64,000 bases of DNA, taken from a virus. Each line of letters opens with the position of its first letter. The stretch's first letter is position 1. The notes below the pieces were generated by a model, which was not told where the DNA came from, ran no database searches, and saw only the letters and a list, made by a program, of their open reading frames with translations. A program made the position numbers and the translations under genes. This document shows positions 27,505-37,486 of this stretch, piece by piece. The stretch is taken from positions 11,104-75,103 of IMG/VR virus record IMGVR_UViG_3300035701_000016; one strand, written 5' to 3'.

Positions 27505-30500
27505 TAAGACCTCGCTAATGCCAAAGCCGCTCTAACGTCATAATATACAGATGATGGAGATTGCATATTTTCGTAGTTGGCATTCATGCTGACAAATGTT
27601 CTATTGTCATTACTCACATTGGTGATCTGAGACATCACTCCACCTATGGCAGATATCGGAGAATAAGCATTGTCTCTAATTCCCTGATACATTCCTTCCA
27701 TTATGTTAGCACCTATGTCGTAGAATACTCTAGATGGAGATCCCATGTCTAGGATCTTATTTACTTGAGCTATAATTCCATGCCAGAAATCTGAAAGATT
27801 GGTAACAATCCAATCTTTAGCGGACAGTACTCCATCCCATAATCCATGAACCATATTCGCACCAGCATCAAAGAAACCTTTGATCCAGGTGGATATCGTA
27901 CCTTTATCTCCGAATAGATAATTAACAAATCCATCTATTACTAAACGTAATCCACCTTTTTCACCAAATAGGAAATCCCAATTTTCCCTGAATGTTTTTA
28001 CAAATTCCTCTACTTTCCACTTCAACTTATCAAACTCCATATACATAATTCCTCCCATATCCATTATGGTTCTCCACGCCTGAGGTCCTGCATTCTTAAT
28101 GGTATATACTAGAAGAATTATAGCTCCAACTAATGCTAGAACCTCGAAGGCAGCTCCGGCAATGAGCAAAACCCAAGGATTCATAGACAGGATTAATGCT
28201 GTGAAATCTATTCCAACGAATCCGCTCAAGAAATTCATGATGGATACAAATATGGTAGACTTTCCTATTATTTCAAATGCTTTCACAACGATCATAATCA
28301 AACCTGCAGTCTTCAGCATATCTCCGAATAACTTTCCTGCAGCTCCGAACAATGACTGAAGACCTCCGATGGCAAGAATAACTCCTATTATGGTGGGAGC
28401 ATTTTTTACGATATATCCTAGAAAATCCATGAGTGGAGGAATTGCTTTTATAACCAGATCCATGATGGCAGGAATCAACTTTTCAGTTACATTAGTTATG
28501 ACTCCTTTTATCATGGGAAAGAAATCCTCAGAGAAGAAATTTGTAATGGAATCAATAACAGAAACTATTCCATCCTTATTCTTACTCAGAGTTTCCCCGA
28601 AGGTTACGAATCCTTCAGCTAACAACTGAATCACACTTTTATCTCCCGGTTTAGTAAGAAACAAATTTTCAACTATAGTTCCTATTACTGCTCCAACTGA
28701 TTTAGCTATCCTACTTCCATCTTCCTCCCAGAATTTTCTGAGCTGAAGCATACCTTTTCCGATGGTATCTTTTAGAAGATCCCAGGAATACTGTAGTTTT
28801 GGAGTAAGATTTTTGAATGAATTTACGAGATTATCCCACAAACCTTTGAGAGGAGAAAATTTATCTCCTAACTGACCCCAGAATTCCTTAGCCTTATCAA
28901 GAACGTTATCCCATAGATCCTGCATGGCTTTCTGAATCTCTCCGGTCTTGTCCTTGATACCTTGAGTTATTCCGGTAACAATACTTTTTCCAGCCTTAAC
29001 ACCATAGTCTTCAAATCCCAGAGCTGACGCAGTAAGATCCTCATTGGCTCCAGCAGCTTTCTTGGCTTCCTTCTCTGCATCAGCTTTGGCTTTGTCGGCC
29101 AGATCTTTCTGTCTCTTTAGTTCATTATTCATGTCAATTTGAGCCTGCAAAGTCTGCTTCAACGCTTCTGCCTGAGCTTTAGCAGCATCTGCATTAGCCT
29201 GAGCAATCTCTTTTATCTGTTGTTTCTCTAACTCAACTCTTTCCTTCAGAGCCTTTTGTTCCTCTTGATATCCTTCTATCTTAGCCTTTATCATATCCAA
29301 AGCAGCTTCTTTTTCTAATTCTTTATCCCTAATCTGCCTCTCAACCATGATTTGGGCTCTTTCATTTATTAATCTTTCCTTTTCCTTCTCTGTAAGAATC
29401 TTAGTAGCCAAAGCATTATCTATATCCTGAACTCTAGTCATGTCAACTTGCTGATCTTTCAACTTTGTTAGTTGACCATTAAGTAGTCCAAGAATTGCAT
29501 CATACATGCTCATAGTACGATTCAATTCTGCCTGAGCAGCAGCAAGTTTCTTGTCAACGGCAGCCAGACGAAGAGAATCAGAGGCATAATTGGATATTAA
29601 ATTGGATAGACCACCAAACATAGAAGCTATATTTTTGATATCTCCGAATGATGATATTCCTTTTCCAAATACATTCACAGATCCGGAACCTGAGAATTTC
29701 AGCATGGAATTAACAGCCTCTAGGATATTGGCTGCTTTAGTGTACTGAACGGTAGCAAGTATGAAATTACTCATTTCCTGGGATGCGAATCCAGCGGCAT
29801 TCATAATGCCATTTATTGCTTCTACCGTTATGTTTCCGAAATGAGAAAACTGATCAACAGCTTGAGCTATAAGTTTTTCAGTTTTTATAATTCTACCGGA
29901 AATTTCTACATCGGTAAGAATGCTTCCCCATGATTTTATAGCTTTAGACATCATGTCAGATATATCAGTAAATACAGAGAAGTCCTGAACTTTCCATCCT
30001 TCCATGTAAGATGCCATAGCCTGCGTTCCCCATAAGGTAAGTTCAGGTAGAATCTTCGGAGGACTTCCTGCTTGAAGCCAATAAGTAATAGTATCAGCTA
30101 CTGATGTAAGAGCATCAACTACGAATATTAACGCATTAGCCATTCCATCGGCAAAAGCTAGAATAATATTCTCTCCCCAGGTGAACATATTCGTCGTAAG
30201 ATCAGTAAAGGAAGTTCCGAAGAATCCTAGGACATCTCCTATGAACTGGGTTACTCCGGACAATCCTGCGGATGCATTTTCTGCCAGAAGCTTTATGTTA
30301 GCCGCAAGAGTTAGAACAACCTTGGAGACATCATAGGTGGTAGGTCTACCTATACCTATCATAGCAAAAAATTCACCGAAGGCTGGAACTACTACGGATT
30401 GAACGGTAGCAGCCAATTTGTCGAATCCGAATAGCAGAGTCTGCCCCAAATTTCCGGCTATTGCATAGTTTTCCGGAGTTAAGACAGATTGCAACATATC

Positions 30501-31430
30501 CTGCATTGTTCCAGCAATTCTATCCGCTATAGGACCTAGAACTTCGTATCCTAACAAGGACTGGATTAGATCTTTGATATTATTCTGAACTGCTAGAAAT
30601 GTTCTTGACATTCTAGTCATAGCATTGGGAAAATCTTCGTCAACCATTTTCACGAATTCTGCCACGAATGCCTTCGCAGAAATCTTTCCGGTAGAGAACA
30701 TTTTGAGAATTTCTGCTCTTGCGACTCCCATTTGTTTTCCAAATCTGTCGGCAATAGTTCCTATTGGAACGAAACTGTTGGACAGGTCACGCAACTCACG
30801 ACCGGTTGGCTTTCCCTGAGCTACCATCTGACCCATATTATAGATAATTCTTCTAAGAACCTCATCTCCTAGACCCATAGCCGCAGTGAAGTTACCTACA
30901 GATTCAGTAAGTTTCTTAGATTCAGGAACAGTAAATCCATATGCTTGTGCAAGAGCCAGAACATGACCTACATCCTCTACGGAGAAAGGAGTAGTGACAG
31001 CTAATTGCCTGACCCAATACAGTAAGTCCTGAGCTTGACCTGCCGTTTCTCTTAGAGCAGTTGCGATGGGAACTCCGAATTGTCTGGCATAGTCTCTAGC
31101 TGCAAGAGTATCAAACTGAATTTTCATAGTTTGAAATACAGATACAGCAGCAACAGCCTCGTTCGCAACTCCTACTATAGCTTTCTCTATATCTCTAAAA
31201 GTATCAGCCACTAGAATACTGAAAGTTACGTCACGAATTCTCTTCAGAGCAGAATCGAGACCTCCCATACTAGCTCCGGCATTCGTCATGCCTTTAGACA
31301 CGGAGTCAGCAAAGGATTTGGTTACAGTGTACATTCCAGATAGTATAGAATTATAGTTCTTAGAATTTTGCTGGACATTAGTTATGTCCATCATAGCTTT
31401 AAGAACGGTTGCTACTTCCTCAATAGCCAT
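27504..31430 (-). CDS. tape measure protein
   Basis: 1308 aa; LAVTTPF tape-measure motif, long coiled coil, aromatic periodicity, C-terminal SPSRVF. Confidence 0.92.
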   Translation of the reverse strand: MAIEEVATVLKAMMDITNVQQNSKNYNSILSGMYTVTKSFADSVSKGMTNAGASMGGLDSALKRIRDVTFSILVADTFRDIEKAIVGVANEAVAAVSVFQTMKIQFDTLAARDYARQFGVPIATALRETAGQAQDLLYWVRQLAVTTPFSVEDVGHVLALAQAYGFTVPESKKLTESVGNFTAAMGLGDEVLRRIIYNMGQMVAQGKPTGRELRDLSNSFVPIGTIADRFGKQMGVARAEILKMFSTGKISAKAFVAEFVKMVDEDFPNAMTRMSRTFLAVQNNIKDLIQSLLGYEVLGPIADRIAGTMQDMLQSVLTPENYAIAGNLGQTLLFGFDKLAATVQSVVVPAFGEFFAMIGIGRPTTYDVSKVVLTLAANIKLLAENASAGLSGVTQFIGDVLGFFGTSFTDLTTNMFTWGENIILAFADGMANALIFVVDALTSVADTITYWLQAGSPPKILPELTLWGTQAMASYMEGWKVQDFSVFTDISDMMSKAIKSWGSILTDVEISGRIIKTEKLIAQAVDQFSHFGNITVEAINGIMNAAGFASQEMSNFILATVQYTKAANILEAVNSMLKFSGSGSVNVFGKGISSFGDIKNIASMFGGLSNLISNYASDSLRLAAVDKKLAAAQAELNRTMSMYDAILGLLNGQLTKLKDQQVDMTRVQDIDNALATKILTEKEKERLINERAQIMVERQIRDKELEKEAALDMIKAKIEGYQEEQKALKERVELEKQQIKEIAQANADAAKAQAEALKQTLQAQIDMNNELKRQKDLADKAKADAEKEAKKAAGANEDLTASALGFEDYGVKAGKSIVTGITQGIKDKTGEIQKAMQDLWDNVLDKAKEFWGQLGDKFSPLKGLWDNLVNSFKNLTPKLQYSWDLLKDTIGKGMLQLRKFWEEDGSRIAKSVGAVIGTIVENLFLTKPGDKSVIQLLAEGFVTFGETLSKNKDGIVSVIDSITNFFSEDFFPMIKGVITNVTEKLIPAIMDLVIKAIPPLMDFLGYIVKNAPTIIGVILAIGGLQSLFGAAGKLFGDMLKTAGLIMIVVKAFEIIGKSTIFVSIMNFLSGFVGIDFTALILSMNPWVLLIAGAAFEVLALVGAIILLVYTIKNAGPQAWRTIMDMGGIMYMEFDKLKWKVEEFVKTFRENWDFLFGEKGGLRLVIDGFVNYLFGDKGTISTWIKGFFDAGANMVHGLWDGVLSAKDWIVTNLSDFWHGIIAQVNKILDMGSPSRVFYDIGANIMEGMYQGIRDNAYSPISAIGGVMSQITNVSNDNRTFVSMNANYENMQSPSSVYYDVRAALALARS

Positions 31431-31436
31431 ATAATC

Positions 31437-31622
31437 CTACTTCTTTACTTCCATCTCAAAACCTTGCATCATTCCTGATGCTTCAGTCTCAGCTATAAGA
31501 AGTTCCCTGAAGAACTTCGGAAGATTCCAAAACATTCTCGGGTCATGTATTCCCCAAGATTTCATAACCTCGAGATCCCTGAATAGTTCAGAGTATTCCC
31601 AGGATCCATTCTTTATCTTCAA
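31437..31622 (-). CDS. tail assembly chaperone, frameshift-extension part
   Basis: Between chaperone and tape measure; weak TTG start; +1 frame is open back to TCC TTT C at 31683-31677. Confidence 0.65.
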   Translation of the reverse strand: MKIKNGSWEYSELFRDLEVMKSWGIHDPRMFWNLPKFFRELLIAETEASGMMQGFEMEVKK

Positions 31623-31656
31623 ATTTTCTAACTTAGTTCCCTTACCAGCCTGATGC

Positions 31657-32217
31657 TCAGGATTCCATTCTATCCTGAAAGGAGTTCTTAATCTTGTTCA
31701 GATCCTCCCGATTAACTCCGGTAAGACCTAAAACCAACTCCATTATCTTTGCCATGTCATCAGGATTGCCCAGAAGTTCAGTTTTCTTATACATGAGAAG
31801 TCTATCCTCTGGATCCTCGGGAACGGTGATACCCATCAGGGACATCTTTTTGAGCCATCTATTCTCGTCAGGAATCTCAACATCAACTCCATCAATGAGA
31901 ACGATGGTCATAAGTTGTTCCGATGCTTTTGAAGCGGCAGCGTTTACCTTCTCCGTATATTCAATCCACGTAGCCTGCTCCTCCGGAGAGGATTGAGCTA
32001 TAGACGCTTCGTCATGCTTATGAACCTCTATGCCTCCACCCTCGGTTTGTACGGTATAGGTAGGAGGCTCGGGCATTTCAAATGACGATGATGTCATCTG
32101 GATCAAATAGGGAGGAATTGGTCTTAACTTGATCTCAATTCCTCTTGATGTGATATAGGTACTGTTTGAACTTCCATCAATTCTTCGATGAAGTTCATCG
32201 ACATCTTTTCTAGACAT
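31657..32217 (-). CDS. tail assembly chaperone
   Basis: Position between tail tube and tape measure; GGAG Shine-Dalgarno. Confidence 0.7.
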   Translation of the reverse strand: MSRKDVDELHRRIDGSSNSTYITSRGIEIKLRPIPPYLIQMTSSSFEMPEPPTYTVQTEGGGIEVHKHDEASIAQSSPEEQATWIEYTEKVNAAASKASEQLMTIVLIDGVDVEIPDENRWLKKMSLMGITVPEDPEDRLLMYKKTELLGNPDDMAKIMELVLGLTGVNREDLNKIKNSFQDRMES

Positions 32218-32231
32218 AACTAATCTCCCCG

Positions 32232-32285
32232 AGTCTCGAATTCATGGGGGATCGGGGAGTAATCCTTATCCATGAATTCGAGACT
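32232..32285. terminator. 16-bp inverted repeat after the tail tube gene
   Basis: AGTCTCGAATTCATGG / CCATGAATTCGAGACT. Confidence 0.55.
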
Positions 32286-32312
32286 ATTGAAATGTTTAAA
32301 AGATCTCCCCAA

Positions 32313-33776
32313 TTAGGATACTGGTTGGACTTTCCCAATGAAGCCAGTACCGCCAGAAATTTTTCCGACAACATAAGCCAGTTTGGATGAAACTACCTTG
32401 ACGTCCAGAAATCCTGCATTAGTAATGGCAGGAAGAGCCATCCAGGAATATCCACCATCAATGGTCATCCAGATAGGAGCACTAGCTGCTGAACCAGCCG
32501 CAACTCCGAATAACTCTCCGTAGAAATCTATAGCAGCTACCACATTGGAGTTACGTTTTGTCCAGACGTCACCACCGTCCAGAGTGCAGAACATTCCATC
32601 CGTACCCACCACGAAGGCATCCAACGAGGAGGTCATCTTGACATCCATAGCAACTGCGGAACCGGAAACAGCTCCGGCAGCTGACCAGGAAGTTCCATCC
32701 GAGGTTACAGCAACCTGACCACCGGTATAGACAGCCATACCGTTGTATTCGTCATACATGCTGATGCCCTTGATAGCTGTCGCTGAGATAACTGCGGCTT
32801 CTTGCAAAGTCCAGGTTTCTCCAGCATCAGACGAGAAGTAAATCCTTCCCATATTGCTTCCGACCCAGATATGATAGCGATCAAGAGCAAACAAGGAATG
32901 AGCTGACGAAACAAATTCCGTATTAACACTTCCAACAGCTACAAGACTCCAGGTTACTCCACCATTGTCTGAATAGGCAATATCCAGAGGACCAGCATCG
33001 GTAGTACCACGAGCTACGATGATTCGGGTATCGTCTCTGCTCAACTTAAAGCAGACAACACCCTGAATATCCATGGCAGCAGCAAATGGATCAGCAGCAG
33101 CAGAAGCCCATGCACCTTCGTACAAGGAACGAAGAACATTGGCTTTGTTAGACGTGCTGCCTACCAGGAACTTGGATGAAGCCCACAAAGAATCTTCAGG
33201 ACTCTGCTCTGCACCGCAGGAACCTTCGCAACGATCCTCTCCGCAGGTGGAGATACCCGTGATGTCTTCCGTATCCGAAATGGAGATTCTGGAGCACTCC
33301 ATGTTGAATACACGAAGAACTTCCTGGACAGATACTGCAAAGGACTGGGTTGATTCGCCCTCATCGGTAGGATTGCGGGATGCAAGTTTCGCAAGAGTGG
33401 CGGTAGTAATTTCAACACCGCCGAGCACGAAGGACCGATCAAAGTTGGTAAACACATCTCTACGACCGCAACTTACCTTGTGTACGAACAAGGTAAACGG
33501 ACACCCCTTGGCAGCAAGATCCTCGAGGTAGTCTGCGGTTGCACGAAGGTCGGTTTCAATGGTGGTTGTGATAGTTCCCGGAGCTCCCTTGAAGCTGTTC
33601 TTGACCTTGAACTTGCCTACCTGGGAAGGATCGGGACAATATAGGAGAGTTGAATCTCCCTTGGGTTCAGCAATATCGGCAACACTGTGACAGCCTAGAT
33701 ACCGAGTAATAGAGTTAGGACCGTTAGGCTGAACCCATAAAGACGCTTGACCTGCTAAGAAATTAACATCGGACAT
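32313..33776 (-). CDS. major tail (tube) protein with C-terminal BNR beta-propeller
   Basis: Position before chaperones and TMP; ~160-aa beta-rich N domain then Asp-boxes SDNGGVTW, SSDAGETW, TLDGGDVW, TIDGGYSW. Confidence 0.7.
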   Translation of the reverse strand: MSDVNFLAGQASLWVQPNGPNSITRYLGCHSVADIAEPKGDSTLLYCPDPSQVGKFKVKNSFKGAPGTITTTIETDLRATADYLEDLAAKGCPFTLFVHKVSCGRRDVFTNFDRSFVLGGVEITTATLAKLASRNPTDEGESTQSFAVSVQEVLRVFNMECSRISISDTEDITGISTCGEDRCEGSCGAEQSPEDSLWASSKFLVGSTSNKANVLRSLYEGAWASAAADPFAAAMDIQGVVCFKLSRDDTRIIVARGTTDAGPLDIAYSDNGGVTWSLVAVGSVNTEFVSSAHSLFALDRYHIWVGSNMGRIYFSSDAGETWTLQEAAVISATAIKGISMYDEYNGMAVYTGGQVAVTSDGTSWSAAGAVSGSAVAMDVKMTSSLDAFVVGTDGMFCTLDGGDVWTKRNSNVVAAIDFYGELFGVAAGSAASAPIWMTIDGGYSWMALPAITNAGFLDVKVVSSKLAYVVGKISGGTGFIGKVQPVS

Positions 33777-33778
33777 GG

Positions 33779-34168
33779 TTATTTCTCCTTCTTGCTGAAC
33801 TCGTTAGCCAAAGCAAGTAAATCAGATAAAGATATTCCAAAAGCTGACATTAAAGAGGATATTACAGCTTGCTGATTCCTCAGTATATCCTCTGAAATCC
33901 ATATACCATTTCTATGAAGAGCATTGGCAACATCCATGGGAGTTACCGTATGCTCTCTCAATCTATACTCAAAAGGAATACCATAAGATATTCCCAGTTC
34001 AAAATCTGAGAGTGAAATTTTTGCTCTGGTATCATCACCATACGGGATAACAGATTCGGTAGGAACTGACTTACGAACAGGATTTCCCTCCGGATCTGTG
34101 AACTCCACGAGAGTTGCAGAACCTTTTCCAAATATGATTGACACGTCTATAAGATTGGATTTTGCCAT
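33779..34168 (-). CDS. hypothetical protein (neck region)
   Basis: GAGG Shine-Dalgarno; synteny. Confidence 0.55.
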   Translation of the reverse strand: MAKSNLIDVSIIFGKGSATLVEFTDPEGNPVRKSVPTESVIPYGDDTRAKISLSDFELGISYGIPFEYRLREHTVTPMDVANALHRNGIWISEDILRNQQAVISSLMSAFGISLSDLLALANEFSKKEK

Positions 34169-34177
34169 AATTTCCTC

Positions 34178-34771
34178 TTAACTGAAGAACTTTAGAGTCT
34201 GACTGTCTTCAGCTTTCTTTAATTCCTCATTAATCTGATCTGCAAGAGATTTTTCTTCCTCTAGTTTAGTTTGTATTGACGTAGAAAAATCTCTAGCTTC
34301 AATTCCCGGCCAGTTTATATCCTGATTGAGGCTAAGATAGAACTCTCTAAATTTACTCTGCGAAGAAACCACCGTCAAAGAACCAGGACTGGATCCAGCT
34401 TTGAATGAGGCGTCTATACCATGCTTGAATTTCCATTGCGTTCCAGATTTCCTGGCATCTGCTCTCATCTTACCAGTAACGAAAGGTTTCTTAGACTTTA
34501 TTACGTGTGCTGGAACACCTTTGTCAACATAATGAAATACAGGATCTTCCGTTCTTACTGTTACCATTACATATTCAGATCCTGCTCCAGTTCCCGATAA
34601 TTCAAAAGTAAATTGAGGTTTGTTTGTTGTATTCCAAGGTTTTACAATCTTTTCAAATTCTCTAACGGAACGAACTCCATACTTTCTCATTCCCTGAAGC
34701 ATATAGAGTCTTCCATTCTCGATCTTAAAGCTAGGAGGTTTGTATGATATGAAACTAATAAGGGAAGCCAT
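34178..34771 (-). CDS. putative neck/tail completion protein
   Basis: YVDKGVPAH.I...WPGIEARDF resembles HK97 gp10-like neck proteins. Confidence 0.55.
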   Translation of the reverse strand: MASLISFISYKPPSFKIENGRLYMLQGMRKYGVRSVREFEKIVKPWNTTNKPQFTFELSGTGAGSEYVMVTVRTEDPVFHYVDKGVPAHVIKSKKPFVTGKMRADARKSGTQWKFKHGIDASFKAGSSPGSLTVVSSQSKFREFYLSLNQDINWPGIEARDFSTSIQTKLEEEKSLADQINEELKKAEDSQTLKFFS

Positions 34772-35804
34772 GATAAGGTCCTATCAGAGCAGACATTCTA
34801 ACCAGAGCCATGCCACAAGCCCACTTCCAAGCAATCCATGCTCCGTCAGATAAACCAAACGGACAATTCAATCTCTCAGCTGTAAGTATCTGAGGAGTAG
34901 TGTTGTCTCTTCTCCACATACTCTTAACAATATCACAACCACATGGTTCAGACGGCATCTTGGTATGAGCCAATCTTACTATGGTCATTTCAGCCTGTCG
35001 GGTCAATTTAGTTAGTCCCGAGTAATAATTCAATAACGAATGAGAATAATTTCTGCAACACGAACTAGAATTTGAATGAATTCCCACTTTTCCAATCTCT
35101 GCATCTTCTATTCTGATACAACCTGAATCATAGTCCGTGAGACAAAAGGATGTACAGTTATCTGAATTGAAATACACAAATTTTGCCTGAACAGAATCAT
35201 CATTGTGAATCCAGTGAACATCCACGGTATCCTGGAAGTTGGCATTATCACTGTAGTCTAAACCTTCTGGAGGATTATCCTGTAGCAGATAGTCTACCAA
35301 TCTACACTTAGGAATTGTGATCACAAGATTACCGCCAGCATAGGTTATATTCTTTACCGTAATCTCCTGATCAGTACCAGGATAGAATACATGAACTTCG
35401 CTCAAATCTGAAGGTACGGAGGCGGTAGCGATAGTAATTGTGCAGGGATCAGTAGCAAGACTGACGGCAGCACCATTTGAGATCACCTCCTCTTTCTGAA
35501 CTCCGGCAGATATAAGTTTGCCCCACTTCGTAATAGCTGGAAAATTCAAACCTGATTGTTCATCAGTTGTCCACCTGGGCTTCAGAAAATATCCTAGAAT
35601 TTCTTCAATTTCATCCTGAGCCTCAGAAAGATAATACTGAGCATCATCTCTTTGCTTCTTAGTCCATATTTCTCTACAGGCATACTGAATATTGGAGGGG
35701 TGAGAAACGCCGAAGAAGGCACACTCAGTATATCCTATGATCTGAGAATACCTTACTAATGATACAGCACCAGAAATTACTTCCTCACCAAATATATCAG
35801 TCAT
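34755..35804 (-). CDS. putative head-tail adaptor, Cys-rich
   Basis: AQDEIEEILGY pattern; position after capsid. Confidence 0.55.
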   Translation of the reverse strand: MTDIFGEEVISGAVSLVRYSQIIGYTECAFFGVSHPSNIQYACREIWTKKQRDDAQYYLSEAQDEIEEILGYFLKPRWTTDEQSGLNFPAITKWGKLISAGVQKEEVISNGAAVSLATDPCTITIATASVPSDLSEVHVFYPGTDQEITVKNITYAGGNLVITIPKCRLVDYLLQDNPPEGLDYSDNANFQDTVDVHWIHNDDSVQAKFVYFNSDNCTSFCLTDYDSGCIRIEDAEIGKVGIHSNSSSCCRNYSHSLLNYYSGLTKLTRQAEMTIVRLAHTKMPSEPCGCDIVKSMWRRDNTTPQILTAERLNCPFGLSDGAWIAWKWACGMALVRMSALIGPYHGFPY

Positions 35805-36117
35805 TTCTATTACCTGATCTTGACTCCAAAAAGCACTGAATCCCAGTTATTGCAAAGAATCCTAGGATCACATCTCCAACAACAGAAGGTACAAACACTA
35901 GATAACATAACGGTATCGCAAACCATATTCCCAAGCAGAATGGACAGTTTATAAGTTTTGCGAAACTTACGATGAATCTGTTATCACTAACAGATGCATG
36001 TCTTCCAGATACTATCCTGAGATTACTGAATATGTCAATCGGTCCTTCATCCAAACTTATCAACTCAGCCAAACGGTAGCAAGCGAGACCAGCAAGAATT
36101 ATTCTTACTATATCCAT
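35797..36117 (-). CDS. DUF1360-like membrane protein
   Basis: LACYRLAELI..D.GP..IF..LR and CPFCLGIW. Confidence 0.7.
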   Translation of the reverse strand: MDIVRIILAGLACYRLAELISLDEGPIDIFSNLRIVSGRHASVSDNRFIVSFAKLINCPFCLGIWFAIPLCYLVFVPSVVGDVILGFFAITGIQCFLESRSGNRND

Positions 36118-36118
36118 T

Positions 36119-37432
36119 CTACTCTGTTAATGCCTTCTTTATATCCTCAATCTTGGACTCGGTCATGCCAGTAGTAACGGATAGAAATAAATTATCGGTT
36201 GACATGAATTTCTCCCAGGTATCAATTCCTGTAAATTTCAACTTATCAACTGATTTCTTTCCTACTCCTTCTACATCACCTGGATTAATCGGATGAGCCA
36301 CAATATCTTCCACCGGTTTTTCTACAGGTTTCAGAGGAGTCTCCTTGACATTGGATTGAGCAGGAACAGGAACAGGAGCGGGACTCGACATATGTCTTTC
36401 CTGAATCTCAAATAAAGGTTTCTGATACTGCATAAGATCCATGATTCCTGTGTTCTTGTTTGTACTCAGATCCCTGTTGTCAATATTTCCTAGATTCTTG
36501 CTCTTACTGAATGTATAAGCAGCTCCGGTAACAGCACCGAAGAAAGTTTGCTTTCCGTCATTCTCTCCCATGTATCTTACAAGAGTCATTCCCTGAGATC
36601 CGGCTAACCTCATAGGAGAATTCGCATCATACGATGACGGATTGCTACCGGAACTATTTCTGCTTCTTGCTCTACCACCACAGCAACTCATACTAAACCT
36701 CCCCGAATAAAGATCAGGAAATTCCTCACGCATTAGAAGATGAAATCTTTCCTGCCATTCTGGCGATGTGTTCGTCAGAGTTCTATTCTGTTTCTCTCTA
36801 CGGTAGAGATAACCCGCACCTTCTATGTGCAAACCACAGCAACCGACTGATCCTAGTGCTACATTGAATGACCAGTCATCTCTACCAATTCCAAACTTTT
36901 CTCGATAACCGCCACAAAGTTCCCATGCTTTTCTGGGAAACATTATTCCTGAATGTATTATATTTCTCTCCAAAAGCATGTAAAAGTCATAGTCATGAAA
37001 TTTCCATTCCTTCTCTACTCTTGCTCCATCATGAAATACTCTCATGTTGTCATAGATTAGATTGGTAGGATTTTTTGACTGTTCCTCATACATCCTTTCA
37101 AGAGACCACCATTCTCTCATGTCATCTGCATCTATTCTGGCTATAAATTCACATTGTGTATTCTGTATCGCCAGATTGCAGGCGGCAGCAGATCCCGAGT
37201 TTACTGGAGTTCTCAGATATTTTACTGAAGAATATTTCTTGACTATTTCCTCAGTATTGTCAGTTGAACAGTCGTCAACAACTATGACTTCCGTGGGTAA
37301 CAGATTTTGTACCGGAAGATCACCCAGGGAAGATACCCCACCAAACAATGATGCAAACAAATCTGGAAGATAGATTGCATGATTGTATGACGGAACTATA
37401 ACGGCTAGGGACACATCCATGAGAAATTCCAC
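36119..37432 (-). CDS. GT2 glycosyltransferase fused to a C-terminal domain ending in an HhH-like motif
   Basis: VIVPSYN, VVDDCSTD, IDADD, RDDW; then MSCCGG domain and EGVGKKSVDKL. Confidence 0.85.
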   Translation of the reverse strand: MEFLMDVSLAVIVPSYNHAIYLPDLFASLFGGVSSLGDLPVQNLLPTEVIVVDDCSTDNTEEIVKKYSSVKYLRTPVNSGSAAACNLAIQNTQCEFIARIDADDMREWWSLERMYEEQSKNPTNLIYDNMRVFHDGARVEKEWKFHDYDFYMLLERNIIHSGIMFPRKAWELCGGYREKFGIGRDDWSFNVALGSVGCCGLHIEGAGYLYRREKQNRTLTNTSPEWQERFHLLMREEFPDLYSGRFSMSCCGGRARSRNSSGSNPSSYDANSPMRLAGSQGMTLVRYMGENDGKQTFFGAVTGAAYTFSKSKNLGNIDNRDLSTNKNTGIMDLMQYQKPLFEIQERHMSSPAPVPVPAQSNVKETPLKPVEKPVEDIVAHPINPGDVEGVGKKSVDKLKFTGIDTWEKFMSTDNLFLSVTTGMTESKIEDIKKALTE

Positions 37433-37435
37433 CTT

Positions 37436-37464
37436 ATGAGTGGGATAACTAATATCCCACTCAT
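37436..37464 (-). terminator. hairpin after major capsid gene
   Basis: ATGAGTGGGATA/TATCCCACTCAT. Confidence 0.5.
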
Positions 37465-37486
37465 ATAAGGAGGAGACTATGGAACT

